A DNA stretch of 64,000 bases from Octopus sinensis (lineage: Eukaryota). This document shows, one piece after another, positions 1-12,873 of this stretch; within the stretch, counting starts at the first letter, position 1; the number at the start of each line of letters is the position of its first letter. The notes under the pieces are model-generated. The model was not told the DNA's origin, searched no databases, and saw nothing but the letters and a program-made list of their open reading frames with translations. The translations under genes and the position numbers were made by a program. Location of the stretch: positions 5,642,001 to 5,706,000 of the forward strand of contig NC_043001.1 in NCBI RefSeq assembly GCF_006345805.1, in the 5' to 3' direction.

Positions 1-441
1 AAATAAAAAAGAGTTTATCAGGAATTAAATTTAATTTAAGCAGAAAATGTAGAAGTTTTCGCCATTTTCTGCTTATTATATATGTGCGTGTGTATGTGTG
101 TGTGTGCGTGTTTGTGTATATACGTATGCATATATATGTATATATATATACTTATGGATGTGAATGTATATGTATATATATGTGCACACATATACATATA
201 CTCATATATATACGCATATATCTATATACACATACATATATATATTTATACATACTCAAACACACACATATATGTATATATATACATATATACATTATTG
301 CATATATATATGTGTATATATACATATGCATTATGCATACACACACAGACACACGCGCGCACATACACACACACATATGTATATACGCATGACACAACCT
401 GCATGTAAAAGTACACACTTGCGTATTCATTTATTTTGTCC

Positions 442-2126
442 GATAGATAGATTTCTTTATTGGCCACGCAGGGCTAAACACAGAAGGGACAAAGTACAAA
501 GTAGAACATTTCTTTTGGGAAGAAGAGAAAGGGGGGAAAAAAGGGCGAATTCCGATCGAAAGGGGTCGTGAATATGAATGCGTGGCGATTCCGATCAAAA
601 GAGACCGAGAAAAAAAAGTGGGCCCGATCAATAGGGATCGTGTATCACAGAAATGTCAAAGTAAAAAGGGAAAACAGATTAGGTTTGTCCGTGGATAGAA
701 AAGCCTACGGAAAAAAAAAACCACGGGAACCTTGGGAAATAGTGTCACGCAAAAAGAAAACACATTACAGTAAATGGATCTTATTTTTACCTTTGGGTTT
801 TTTTCTTTTGGTTCATAGGATGATGCTCAAGCTGGCTCCATCATTCACACGTGCCATCCTGCTACATTTACACATTTTTTTTTAAACATTCACTAGACAA
901 AACTTCCCTCTCTACTCTCACCTTCCTCAAGTGATACTTGAAGAAGTTGATGAGAGATTGACCAGAGAGTAAAGTGTTTGTCTCTAGACCTTTCAGACGC
1001 GTCCACCATACACATTCTTACGCCATAGCCACAAGTACGATGAAATTGGCTCTTCCTTCCCGTTTCGAGGAAGGAGGTACGACAATATTCACGATAGAAT
1101 CGATTGATAAGCCAACTATTCCCACACGCGATAGCAGTCGTTCGTCATATGCCCACAGGTCGGAAATGGTTGGACTCTGTACGAGTGCGTGCAGGACGGT
1201 TTCGTCGCTCTGACCGAATTTCAGACAGGTCGGCCCCGTGTTTCTCGAGCCATGCCTGTAGAGCATATCCCGAACGGGTAGCGCTTCTCGATAGCACTGT
1301 CAGGCCATGGATTTCTGGAAGTTGTCCATAGTTCCCGGCCCGAAAGTCGTCTAGAACAGGCGGGTCAGGTATTCCTCGTCGATGCCCAGGCTGGCTCCGA
1401 GATCGTCGTCGTAGCACCCCTACACTAATCCCCTCTTGAATGCTTTGGTTGTGTTGAAATCGCTGAAGCTCGACCCGGGACGGCATAGTTGCTTGAGAGC
1501 AACGCGACACTCGCGGTGCCATCCACCCTTCCTCGGCCTCTTTTGATCTACGACTGTAGCTCGGTCATGGAGAGGAGCTGCGGGAGAGCGCGCCTCACAA
1601 ACGATGACCACGCCTGTTCACGTCCTCTATGTAGAGCTGGAGATATCGCAGTCTCAGCGCGTGTCTGCGCATCATCAACCATGTCATGCCCATCCCTACT
1701 TTTAACAGGTGATGACTGCAAGTGGATCCCCTGACCATCGGGACGCATCCTTTCCACAAGAAGCGGAAGAGAATGCGTTCTAGTTTGGTGATGGTAGGTT
1801 CGGGACAAGGAACGACAGTCAGGCGGTAGTAGATGACGGACGCGATGTACGTATTCGCCACCGCCACCCGACCTATTAGAGACAGCATCCTCTCAGCCCA
1901 TTGCCGGGGAAGAGTGACCACCCCACTCGCTATCTCATCCGAGTTCTTCTTCATTTGGTGGTCCGGAACAAACCAGATTCCGAGCAACTCGACCGGACCG
2001 TCGGTCCAGAGTCCCACGACGGAGGCGCTACCGCACAGCATGGGCTTTCTTCTCCAGGTGCCGAGCCCCAAGCCCACTGACTTTTCTCGGTTGGTTTTCG
2101 CTCCCGTTACTGCTTCGCAGTCTTAA
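442..2126 (-). mobile_element. 5'-truncated, frameshifted Tx1/L1-clade LINE (post-RT domain, C-terminal Zn-knuckle region, ~400-bp 3' UTR, short (CTAT)n tail)
   Basis: ORF 1595-2077: LGIWF...WAERMLSLIGRVAVANTYIASVIYY...LERILFRFLWKG, the typical Tx1/L1 post-RT block. ORF 1018-1266: TCLKFGQSDETVLHALVQSPTISDLW, a decayed CCHC/zf-RVT motif. Clade assigned by motif recognition. Confidence 0.85.
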
Positions 2127-2159
2127 CCATATATATACATGCATATACATATATATACA

Positions 2160-2231
<72 letters not shown>

Positions 2232-2234
<3 letters not shown>

Positions 2235-2405
2235 CCAAACAAGAAGCAAGAAAAAATAACAACGCGAGGACGTGGAACAAGTACTGTGTTATTGGACGCT
2301 CAGGAATTGAAAGAAAGAGGATTTCACGTTTCGAGCGGAGCTCTTCATCAGAAATAGAGAAAAAGTCCAAAGACGGAGAAGCTTAATCGCAAACGATAGA
2401 CGCGG
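2232..2405 (-). mobile_element. Solo terminal-repeat fragment of the Penelope-like family ending at 25510; contains a hammerhead motif at 2321-2355
   Basis: Its reverse complement (..gaagagctccgctcgaaacgt..ttcctgagcg..ttgttcca..gttgtt..gtttggatt) aligns by eye with 25390-25502. Bounded by microsatellites on both sides. Confidence 0.7.
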
Positions 2406-2406
2406 T

Positions 2407-2448
<42 letters not shown>

Positions 2449-2547
2449 TACACACATAATATATATATATATATAATATAATATATATATATATATATAA
2501 TATATATATATATATATAATATATATATATATACATATTCATATATA

Positions 2548-3510
2548 TATTCAGAAAATACAGAACCCCAGCGATGTTGCACACCTGCAGCAGGAGTTGG
2601 ACTGAATCTACAGATGGGCTGAGGATAATAATATGCAGTTTAATGCTGAAAAATTCCAGGCCCTGCGCTACCAGCATCCAAAACTGAATATTAAACTTAC
2701 AGGGTACACCGGTCCACATGGAATTTCAATCCCAGAGCCTAAGTCAGTGAGGGACCTGGGTACCGACATGAGTGAAGATACCTCTTTCCAAGTGCACATT
2801 ACCAGGATGGCAACAAAGTGCAGACGACTGGCTGGATGGACTCTAAGAACATTCAGAACCAGAGATAAGGATACCATGATGGTCATCTGGCGGACATTCG
2901 TCCTCAGCCGTCTGGATTATTGTTCACAGCTATGGTCACCCACCAGTGTGAGATTAACAGCGGACCTTGAAGCAATCCAGAGAAGATTCACACATGTCTC
3001 TTTGCAACAGCTCAGCTACTGGGAAAGTTTGAAACACCTAAGACTCTACTCCCTGGAGAGAAGACGGGAGAGGTATGCAGTAATATATGTCTGGAAGATC
3101 CTGGAAGGAATTGTGCCAAATGTTGGCATTGTAAGCTACACCAATGCTAGAATGGGACGACACTGCATAGTGCCAAAGATCCCAGCAATGTGATCACGCT
3201 TCAGGACCAGTTACTGCAACAGCCTGGGTTTTAAAGGCCCACACTTTTTAATATTCTCCCAAAGAGTCTGAGGAATTGCACAAAGTAGATGTAGGGGTTT
3301 TAAAATCAAAGCTGGACCTCTTCCTGTCGAGAGTCCCAGATGAGCCTACCTCACGGCAAGAGGTACAAATGAGGGTAGCTATATCACACTCCATTCTTCA
3401 TCAAGTGCCACATATTAGAGAAGGCTCTTAGTAATAACAGTGTAGCGGAAATCGGCGGTGCATCAGCATGGACACAGATCTGAGCTGAAACTTTAGAAAC
3501 AAAAATCATA
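2548..3510 (+). mobile_element. 5'-truncated CR1-group LINE, ORF2 C-terminal part and 3' tail
   Basis: ORF 2633-3193: MQFNAEKFQAL..VRDLG..RTFRTRD..LSRLDYCSQLWSP..LEAIQRRFT..LYSLERRRERY. Same family as 18725-20344. Ends GGCGGTGCATCAGCATGGACACAG. Confidence 0.9.
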
Positions 3511-3564
3511 TGATTGATTGATTGATTCTAGTTTCAGCTTATGAGCTGTGGCCATGCTGGGGCA
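3511..3564 (-). mobile_element. ~55-bp extreme 3' end of a CR1-group LINE with (TCAA)n tail, inverted against the preceding element
   Basis: Reverse complement TGCCCCAGCATGGCCACAGCTCATAAGCTGAAACTAGAATCAATCAATCAATCA nearly matches 20289-20344. Confidence 0.85.
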
Positions 3565-3618
3565 TGGATATTGGATATATGGATATTGATATACATATAT
3601 CTATATCTATATGTATAA

Positions 3619-3734
<116 letters not shown>

Positions 3735-3994
3735 AATGCAGCGTGGAAGGTGATATGTAACTAAATTCTGTTTTTAAATGACTTGCTTTGAAGTTTTGCA
3801 TTCGGTACAATTTGTTTATTTTAGTAGTTTTGACTGCAAGAGTCTCTCCTAGCATGCGGTACCTATGAATAATAGTACCCTCTATATAATATAAATAAAT
3901 ATTTTCAAAGTGGAAAAATTTACAGATATTTTCTCTTACGAGGTTTTTCACGCTAAGTACTGATAATTTCTTATAAAGATTTTATCCTTAATTT

Positions 3995-4047
<53 letters not shown>

Positions 4048-5729
4048 AGTAAGGATACGATCGATAATTTAAATTAAATATCGATCCTAGGAAGTGGCCG
4101 GCATGGGAATAAAAAGCTTCAAAGGTAATAATTATTATCAAAAGTATAATTTAGGGTATCTACGATGGAAATAGCAGCCGAATCTAACTCTAAAACCACA
4201 TTAGATGTTCATACAGCATATGTACTGTATGAACATTTAATGTGGTTTTAGAGTCAAATTTTGGTTGCTATTTCCAGCTTAGCGGTATCTCATAGATACC
4301 CTAATTTTTTATTTTATACATATATATATATATATATATATATGCTTACACATATACATATATATGCACATGCATACACATATATACGTATATATGTGTG
4401 TATGTATACAAGCAAAGCACGCAATGACCCAGTTACGATAGCGTGAGTTTGGCGGAGACAATGTTGGGAAAAGAATAATGATCAAAACCTGACAAGAGAG
4501 AGCATGTGAAAATCGAGAAAAAGGAAGTTGATATTCACTTTGGTGGATGTAGAGTTTCCATAGTTTGATAATATAGAATGATGTATACCAGCAGACATTG
4601 ATGTGTGACATTCAAAGGTTTCTTAGAAATAACGGTGACACATTAGCGATGATATGGTAAACGAGGGAGTGGTTTGCGAATAAATGAAAGCTAGAAAGAG
4701 ATGTTTAAGTAAATAAATCTAGCATTAGTAATGATATTGGATGATGTGCAAAATGTATATTTATATAGAATAAACATTTGGTCTACAACGATCAGGTGCC
4801 GTATGCAACAGTGTACAATGCAATTGTATATTTAGAAATTAATGCATATATAGGAATCTAGATTATCAGACCATCTAAACATGATGGTTTCACGAATACT
4901 TCAAATCTACCCGGTCCACTAGAAAAGACTTCCGTGATAGCCACAGATGTCTATGAATTAATATACTGCAATAAGATTTTGTCCAGTGCAGCCCAAAGCC
5001 TCAACCTGTTGTTATCACCAAACTCGTTTTCATGTAGATGCTGTGGATTTGAGTCGCTGACCACACTGTCCGATTTGCTAGATCACCGGACGAAATGCCT
5101 TGTGGTTTTTTGTCCGTTCTTACGACTTGATTTCAAATTCCGCCGAAACAAATTTTGCCTTTCATCCTTAGAGGTCGATGACATGCATACCAGTTGAATG
5201 CTGAGGTCGATGTCATCGATCATGCTGCTTCTAAGTAAGAGTATAAGAATTGTACCCCTAAGCCAAGCCATGGAAAGCCAGTGTGGCAGAGTAGCATTAT
5301 GAAAGTAACTAGTACCATACCAACCTTATATATATATATATGGACAACCCAGAATCGGATAATCAAGTACCTAGTTTTGGACAAAATAATGGAAACACCT
5401 TAAAGTTTCAAGCACGTATATTTTAAACCTGGGGTAGGACCGCCTTTGTAGCTAGCAATAAACACACACGCGTCCACACGCGTTCTCAATGCATACATAC
5501 ATGCATAAATGCATACATACATACACACATACATACGGCTATACATAAATACATACATACATAAATACCTCTCAATATCCTTACCCCCATAACCGATTGG
5601 ACTATTCGTCTTTTAGTTATGTCGCTTTTAACATCCATTTGCCTTGTTTCATTTTTCTGCTTCTCTCATCCTACGATGGAAGGTATTTTCAGAGGCAATT
5701 CCGCCCTTTCGGCAGACAATATTCGTATT

Positions 5730-5946
5730 AAGGCGGTGAGCCGGCAGAAATCTTAGCAAGCTGGGCGAAATACTTACCGGTATTTCTTATTTCTTAACGC
5801 TCTGAGTTCAAATTCCGTCCAGGTGGACATTTCATTTTATCCTTTTGGAGACGATTAATGAACTACGAGTTGTATACTGGGGTCGATGCAATCGACTGGC
5901 CTCCTCCTCCAAATTTACGGGCCTTGTGCCTAGGGTAGAAAAGATT
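5730..5946 (+). mobile_element. tRNA-derived SINE family A, diverged copy with alternative tail (..GGGCCTTGTGCCTAGGGTAGAAAAGA)
   Basis: Head AAGGCGGTGAGCCGGCAGAA, box B-like GAGTTCAAATTCC. Body homologous to copies at 8863, 34511 and 36799. Confidence 0.8.
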
Positions 5947-6048
5947 TTTTGTATTACATATTATTTTCTTTTGATTTTTTCGACATTCGAGTTTACTTTT
6001 TCGACACCTGTGTGCTCTCCGCAAGTATGTGTGTGTGAGCATGTTAAT

Positions 6049-6093
<45 letters not shown>

Positions 6094-7229
6094 TTCATGT
6101 GGAGTAGAATATTGGTGTGGAAGGCAGTAGATTCGGAGGAGCCTGGCCGATAATATATTGTAGAGAAACGGATGCATATAGGAGAGAGTATTTGAAGACA
6201 TTCTGCATAGTTTACTCTTTAGAAAGCCGTGTGGTTGGCTTTGTCTTTTTTTTTTACTTCAACATTTCAGTCAGTTCCCTAATGCACTTAAATGCGGTCG
6301 GTTCGCTTATGCATGCACTCATTGTGTGGATCTGAACCCTAAATGAGGTTTTTGTGTCAATCTCTCCATTTCTGCAGGGGCTGTTCATTGAAATATGCCA
6401 CAATTAATATCTCACGCCATCTTTCACATTCTCTCAGCATACTTACGGTTACTTTCAATCATACATATATTTAAACTCCCTCACATATACATACACGCAC
6501 ACACACATGTATGTATGTGTATACACACACACACACCCATATATATATATGTGTGTAATCATATATATGTATATGTATATGTGTGTGTGTGTATGTATTT
6601 TACCTACATACACATATTTACGTGCACACATTTACATACACATACATATATGTATACATATATGAGAGAGAATCCACTAAAGTGGACGCTCTTACGCTAA
6701 GGGCGTCCACTTTACTGAATTTACTGAATCTCAGTTTTTTATGCGCTAAACCACTGGTGTTAAATTGATGTTATTAAATTAATATACAATTTTTTCACCC
6801 TCATTTTGATTTTAATTCTTAACTTATATGTAAACATATATAAATGCAAATTAACCTACATTAAACCATGTAGAAAACATTTCTTCTGATTTTAAGCTCC
6901 ATGTTAACTCCATGAAAGTATGTGACGTCATTTCGTTTAGTTAATGTATTACAGGTATGAATTCGGGATTTTAACAAATGTCGAAAATGAATTTCAAACA
7001 TGGCATGCAACTATTGAAAATTTATGTTTCCTTAAAATGTCACATTTCTCGTCCGTCCTTCATTGTTTGGCAGTAGTTGTTCATAACGCAATTGTTTGAC
7101 ATATATACATCAAATAAATGTTGACTATGTATATATAAAGGAATTAATAATTGTTTCACTAAGGATGTAAAATAATCCGTAGATGTATATAGGCAGTGGA
7201 TAAGGATTTGTTTTTTTCTTTCAAAAGGT

Positions 7230-7640
7230 ATACGGTTGATCTAGCTCTCCCGAAATTTATCTGCCTGACTCCATTTCGGGTTTTCAACGTATGCTTGGCA
7301 TCGGGTATCTAGCTTAGACAGGGATTTGCACGTTTAGCAAAAGCTTCAGGGAAATGAAATGGGTTGCAGTCGTTTGTACAAGAGTGGGATTTGTTGTGGT
7401 CGTTGCAAATACATCAATGAGATAAAGAAAGAAGAAAAAAATTGGGTGACGAGCAAACTGTACCTCTTGAACGACTAGACATGATTAGAATGGGACCGAA
7501 AAACGCCAGCAATACATGCCATAAAGGTGTTCTCAGATAATAAGCTTACCAAGTACTTATCCGAGTCTAATTTTATTGAAGTTTTGTATAACAGAAATCA
7601 TCAAAAATGTGTATATTATCGATATTATTTAGAAAAAGAA
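7230..7640 (-). pseudogene. Possible highly decayed Penelope-type RT remnant
   Basis: Broken minus-strand translation gives FFLYLIDVFAT (YIDDVF-like) followed by PSIR..EME (PSIKFTxE-like). Many stops. Confidence 0.25.
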
Positions 7641-8862
7641 GAAAAACAAACAAAATACATTCTGTAAAGGTGATGCTCACTGGTTAGAACATCGGGGTTG
7701 GTCATATGTGGATTTTTCTGTGGGGAGACTGGACGTTTTACACTGAAAGAAAGAAAAGATTCAAGTATTCGTAGAATGTCAATACCGATATTTCTCTCTG
7801 ATACGCTGGAGATCTTAGAAGTGATAACAAGAGGGTGATTGATAGTTGGGTTAGAGGTGTTGCTCTCTTTCGAAATAGGGTACACTGAGGCATTCTTCAG
7901 ATGTCAGGGCATGTCACCATGCACAGGCTAAGAATATTATTGGAACAATATAGTAAAAGGTTTCTGGGTCCACGCTTGAGTGTTATAGGAAGTATATGAT
8001 TATGATCAGTGATCTTATTTGAAGAAACTGGAGATATTTTAGGCTTAAGTTTGTGTGTATGTATGTGTGTGTGTGTGTGTGGTGTGTGTGTGTGTCCATG
8101 TGGAGTAGAATTTTGGTGTGGAAGACAGTAGATTCAGAGAAGCCAGGCCGATAGTTTATAGTACATAAACGGAAACAAATAGGACAGAGAATTTAGGGAA
8201 AAACTGCATAGCTCACTCGTTAGAGAGCCTCATTGTTCGTTTTTTTTTTTTTTTTTGTTTTAAAGAGAAGGGCACCGCAAATTTAGTAAGAATTATTTTA
8301 ACAAGGGTGCTGCTGTTTAGTAAGCAATTAAAAGCAACTGTCGTTGTCGCTCTCCACTTCGAACCCCGGCAGTAACCGCGCTTGCTTCTACACACCCGCT
8401 CTTCACTGTGGTACACATCGCCGTTTCAGCAGGTCCACCCGTTCGTTCTTTCGCATGATCCGACTCTTTGCCGCTGCCTTGTTGCCGTACTTTTGACTGC
8501 CGCTGCCCGGGAATGCTTTTCCATTCGATTCCGTCCTCGCCTTCTAGCGACCACGCCTACCTCCGCTTGCCGTCGCGCTATGGAGGCTCGCAGTCCTAGC
8601 TGCACCAATGTTCGACATCGTCCAGCGAACATTCGTTCTCGTATCTTTCGCGATCTGTCACCCACTTCTATTCATACTCACGGAATCGATTTGTGCTAGG
8701 CTGAGCGGCAGGGGAAAATTAACAGCTTCTAGAGAATGGTAGAGATTTTACAGGCTATTAAAATTGTGATGTAAGAATAAGCATTTGGACTGATTAAAAC
8801 CGACTGAGGAAATATCAGGCGGGACACTGGAATTTTGTTGTGTTTGGAATGTGAAGTTTCAT

Positions 8863-9099
8863 ACCTATTTCTTTACTACCTACAAGGGGCTAGATACAGA
8901 AGGGACAGACGAGGACAGACAAACGGATTAAGTCGATTATATCGACCTCAGTGCGTAACTGGTACTTAATTTTTCGACTCCGAAAGGATGAAAGGCAAAG
9001 TCGACCTCAGCAGAATTTGAACTCAGAACGTAGCGGCAGACGAAATACCGCTGAGCATTTCGCCCGGCGTGCTAACGTTTCTGCCTGCTTGCCGCCTTC
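8863..9099 (-). mobile_element. SINE family A, full monomer with 12-bp target-site duplication
   Basis: GTGAAGTTTCAT at 8851-8862 and 9100-9111. tRNA-like head, central TTTCATCCTTTCGGAGTCGA core (resembles the Nin SINE domain, from memory), Tx1-type tail. Confidence 0.92.
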
Positions 9100-10513
9100 G
9101 TGAAGTTTCATGCCATATAAAATGGTTTGAAGCATCCGATGTATTAGGAGTGAAAAACACGAGCTGCCACGGAACCATTGCGTAGCGCTGTCAGTGAAAG
9201 GAACAGTCCATATTGGCTTGATGTGGTACAGGATCCGATATCTTTGTTATCACGAATCTCCGTATCTCAAAGTTACGTAGCTTTGCATATTATAGTTAGA
9301 TTGTAGAGCTGGAATACTAGAGAGAAAAATGAAAACGTGTAAGATAAGATTGACGGACTAGAAGACTATCAAGGAAATATGTAAGACCGTCATTGATTGG
9401 TAGACACCTGGCTTAGTTAATGACACATACCTAAAGAGGGCCAACACCAAACTGTGGGATAGATTTCTCAATTTGTGAAGAGTTTGCATATTAAATGAAG
9501 ACAAGATGGGAACTAGAGATACGTGAATAATTGATATCGATGATAATTTTGTTGAATGTTAAAAAGAATGAAATATGAACTATTTCAAATATAAAATAGA
9601 GAAGATATTTTTTTTTTTTAATAATAGTCAGAAAATGTAACAAACATAATAAAGACAAAAAAAAAGCGTAACAGATGTATTAGAATTAAGTGAGGAAAAT
9701 GAATATTGGGAGAAAATAGAATATGATTAAGGAGAATTGATACAGAAAGAAGAAATGAAATGGAGGAATGGAAGAAGAAAACGAAATAAGAGAAAATAAA
9801 TAAATATTCTGATGGCAAATAACAGTCTGAAGACAGGTGTAAGAGAGAAGCAATAAAATATTATTATGAGGATATTCTAAATGGAATAACGGAAATGATA
9901 ATAACTGATTGAGATTATATTGAAATCATTGAGCATGAATGAGTGTTCGGCTTGATGGATAGCAGACGGAGGACAGATGACAAGAGGAAACGGTTGACTG
10001 GCTGAAGATGAGATTGGTTTGAATGGGATTAGAAATATAACATATGGAAAAAATAAAAAAAACAATGACAGCATAAACAGAAGAAAAATTTAAAGTAATA
10101 ATGGCCGTGGGGGAATTTACCAAGAGGTAAAACCAAAATAAGCGAACTAAAAAAGTAGAGTTAGAGGCGGAAGGAATTCTAGTAACATTGTTCAATGATT
10201 GTCAAGTGGGATCTGACTTTTTCAGGAAATTCCTGAAAATAATAGAAACAACAACAAGAATAGAGAGATGGATGGGTTTTTGTTAGGTGTGTTTTGTGGT
10301 GTCACAATTTGTTGGTGTTGTTTCGGAAGAATCTGACCGCGGGAAGATGATTTGTTATGTTTTCGGTGTGAATGCTATGCGCTGGGGACGTTTTTTTTTA
10401 GTTTTAGCTGAGTAACTTTGTCTGTGTAAATGTTGTGAACAATTTATAGACATGTGTGTGCTTGTATATTTTTAAATATGTGCGCATTAATATCTTTCTG
10501 TGTATGTGTGTGT

Positions 10514-10557
<44 letters not shown>

Positions 10558-12289
10558 TGTGCCTAGGTGTGTCTGTGTATGAATATTTGGCGTGTCGTTC
10601 CAATGCTTAAAAATGTATGGCTGAATATTTTTGTGATTTTAAAGAGTTTGATTTCAATTTTGTTGCTGATATCGTCGAACATTTTTGTGTTCTAAATGCA
10701 AGAATTTTATGAAAAGGACGGAAAATTACCTGAATTAATGTCCCTTCTTATAGTCTATTATTTTCTTTGGTGAAACTCTATTATTCCTAGATCCCCCCTT
10801 TCAAATGTCAGGTTGAAAACATTCATAGGGAACTGGGACTTCATAATGGCGGTTTTGAATTTGCGCAAGAAATATGATTTCTTAATAATTTCTTAATTAT
10901 CTAGTGTAATCTAAGAGTTCCAAGTAGTATGCTGCGAGTAATACTATTCAACAATGGAAATTAATTTAACATGCATCAATGCTACAACGCTTACAATCTA
11001 TGAGCTGAGGAACTAATAACGATGAATGACAGGGTAACATGTTATAGAAATACTAGAGAGGTGAACAGAGCTATGCATTGTCCTCTACACAATACATATG
11101 AGAGTTATCTAGTAAAGAAATGAAGCGGTAAGTATGAGTGTTGGATAACTTGATTAATATATACCTAGATAGATGAGTAAATAAGGAATTCGTGAAATCC
11201 ATCTAGCAAGGAATTCGCAAACATAATTGAAGAATACTTTTACAAAGGGATGGATACGAATTATGCGAGATAATGACAGCAAATCCAATGTATTACTCCT
11301 GCTTCAATGAATATAGCTTAATTCATTCTTCCAGGTTATGTTAAAAATTATCTGAAGCAAGGCAATATATTTAAAAATGTATAAGTGTCTGACGTCTCAC
11401 ATACTCTGATACTAAATGACAATAATTGAGCCGTTTGCATGACTCCTCCAGCTTGCGAAAACATCAAATATCTTTCAAATTATACCGTTAATTTTTGGTA
11501 AAAAATGAAATATAGTATCGTATATAAAATATGCTTTATGATATGTGAGTTCGCTAAGGCTAGCAGATATGTTATTATGACGTACGCCTTCCACATTTAT
11601 GATCTCTCGGTAGATGATTATGCTACTAAAGTCATCTGTGGATTAATCTTAATATTTCATACGCAGACCCAGAAGAATTCATTAGATGAGTAATCCTTTC
11701 CATTTCACCGGATGTACAATTTTATTGATGACAGGTGTATAAGAGCTGATATAATGAAGATATTTTAACTTGTACCATGTAAAACATAACTATTCTTACT
11801 GTTACGTGCAGTAGAAGATAGTGGAAGATAATATTGGTTCGAAATATGTATCATGTATTTTGAAGGTAACTCTGTCAATATTTGAAAACCAAAAAAAAAA
11901 ACAGAAAAGAAATGATTATCAATTTTAGTGAATCGGTTTAATATAATATTATAAAGCTTAATAAAGCTTGGTGTAGTATACTACGAGTAAAAGTGCATTC
12001 ATCTTTGAATAGGTAAACTTTGGGAGCATGGATTCGTCTTCTGAAAACGATATTAAAAAAAAAATTCTCGTGAAGTCTTCTAAAAATTCTTTCTTTGCTG
12101 TATGAAACTGAAAATATGTTACGATAATATTTTACCAGCATTAGCATTAAATTTTAGTACTTGACACAGAGGGCAAAAAAGGCCTGCAAAATATTGAACA
12201 TGTGATCAGGAAATCATAGAAATAAACTTATGAAAAACTATGGCCATGTCAAGTGGATTAAGTAATGTAATTATTTCTAAAGTATTGGG

Positions 12290-12495
12290 GTGGTCAGTTG
12301 ATAGAGTGTTTAACACGCCGGACAAAATATTCATCAGTATTTCGTCCGTCTTTAAGAGCTCAATTCAAATGCCACCGAGGTCGAATGTGCCTTTCATTCG
12401 TTTGCGCACAATGAAATAAGCACCATTTGAACACTGACGTAGTTATAATCGACATATCACCTCCCACACAATTGGTGGCCTTTTACAAAAATTGA
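12290..12495 (+). mobile_element. SINE family A, decayed copy
   Basis: Retains GTATTTCGTCCGTC, TTCAAAT..CCGAGGTCGA and GCCTTTCATT blocks. Confidence 0.65.
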
Positions 12496-12796
12496 TGATA
12501 AGAATTCTAAAATATCGTTCCGAAAAACCAGATTACACGACACATGTCCATTATACGATTTTTTCACTCCAAACTATTGCATTTTAACAAGGAAACTATC
12601 ATGTCATGGATATTTCAAACTGACGTTCAGTCGATCATGTTTTTAAAAAAATATTCCCACATTTTTTTCCTTTTTTTAATAATCAAAACATGAATTCTTT
12701 TTTAAAGTATTTCTAAATTTTTCCATTTCAATCGTTTATCTTTTGTAATTTTCATTTATATGTTATTCGTAAAAACTGTAATTTCACATTTTATTG

Positions 12797-12873
<77 letters not shown>

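Noticed and set aside
5065-5271. ORF 5083-5271 that looked like a receptor exon
   Set aside because: It is the antisense reading of a decayed SINE A copy (GCCTTTCATCC..GAGGTCGA core on the plus strand).
9850-10270. Possible LINE endonuclease remnant (..CPPS..NDFN)
   Set aside because: Motif spacing too compact and no other AP-endonuclease motifs.
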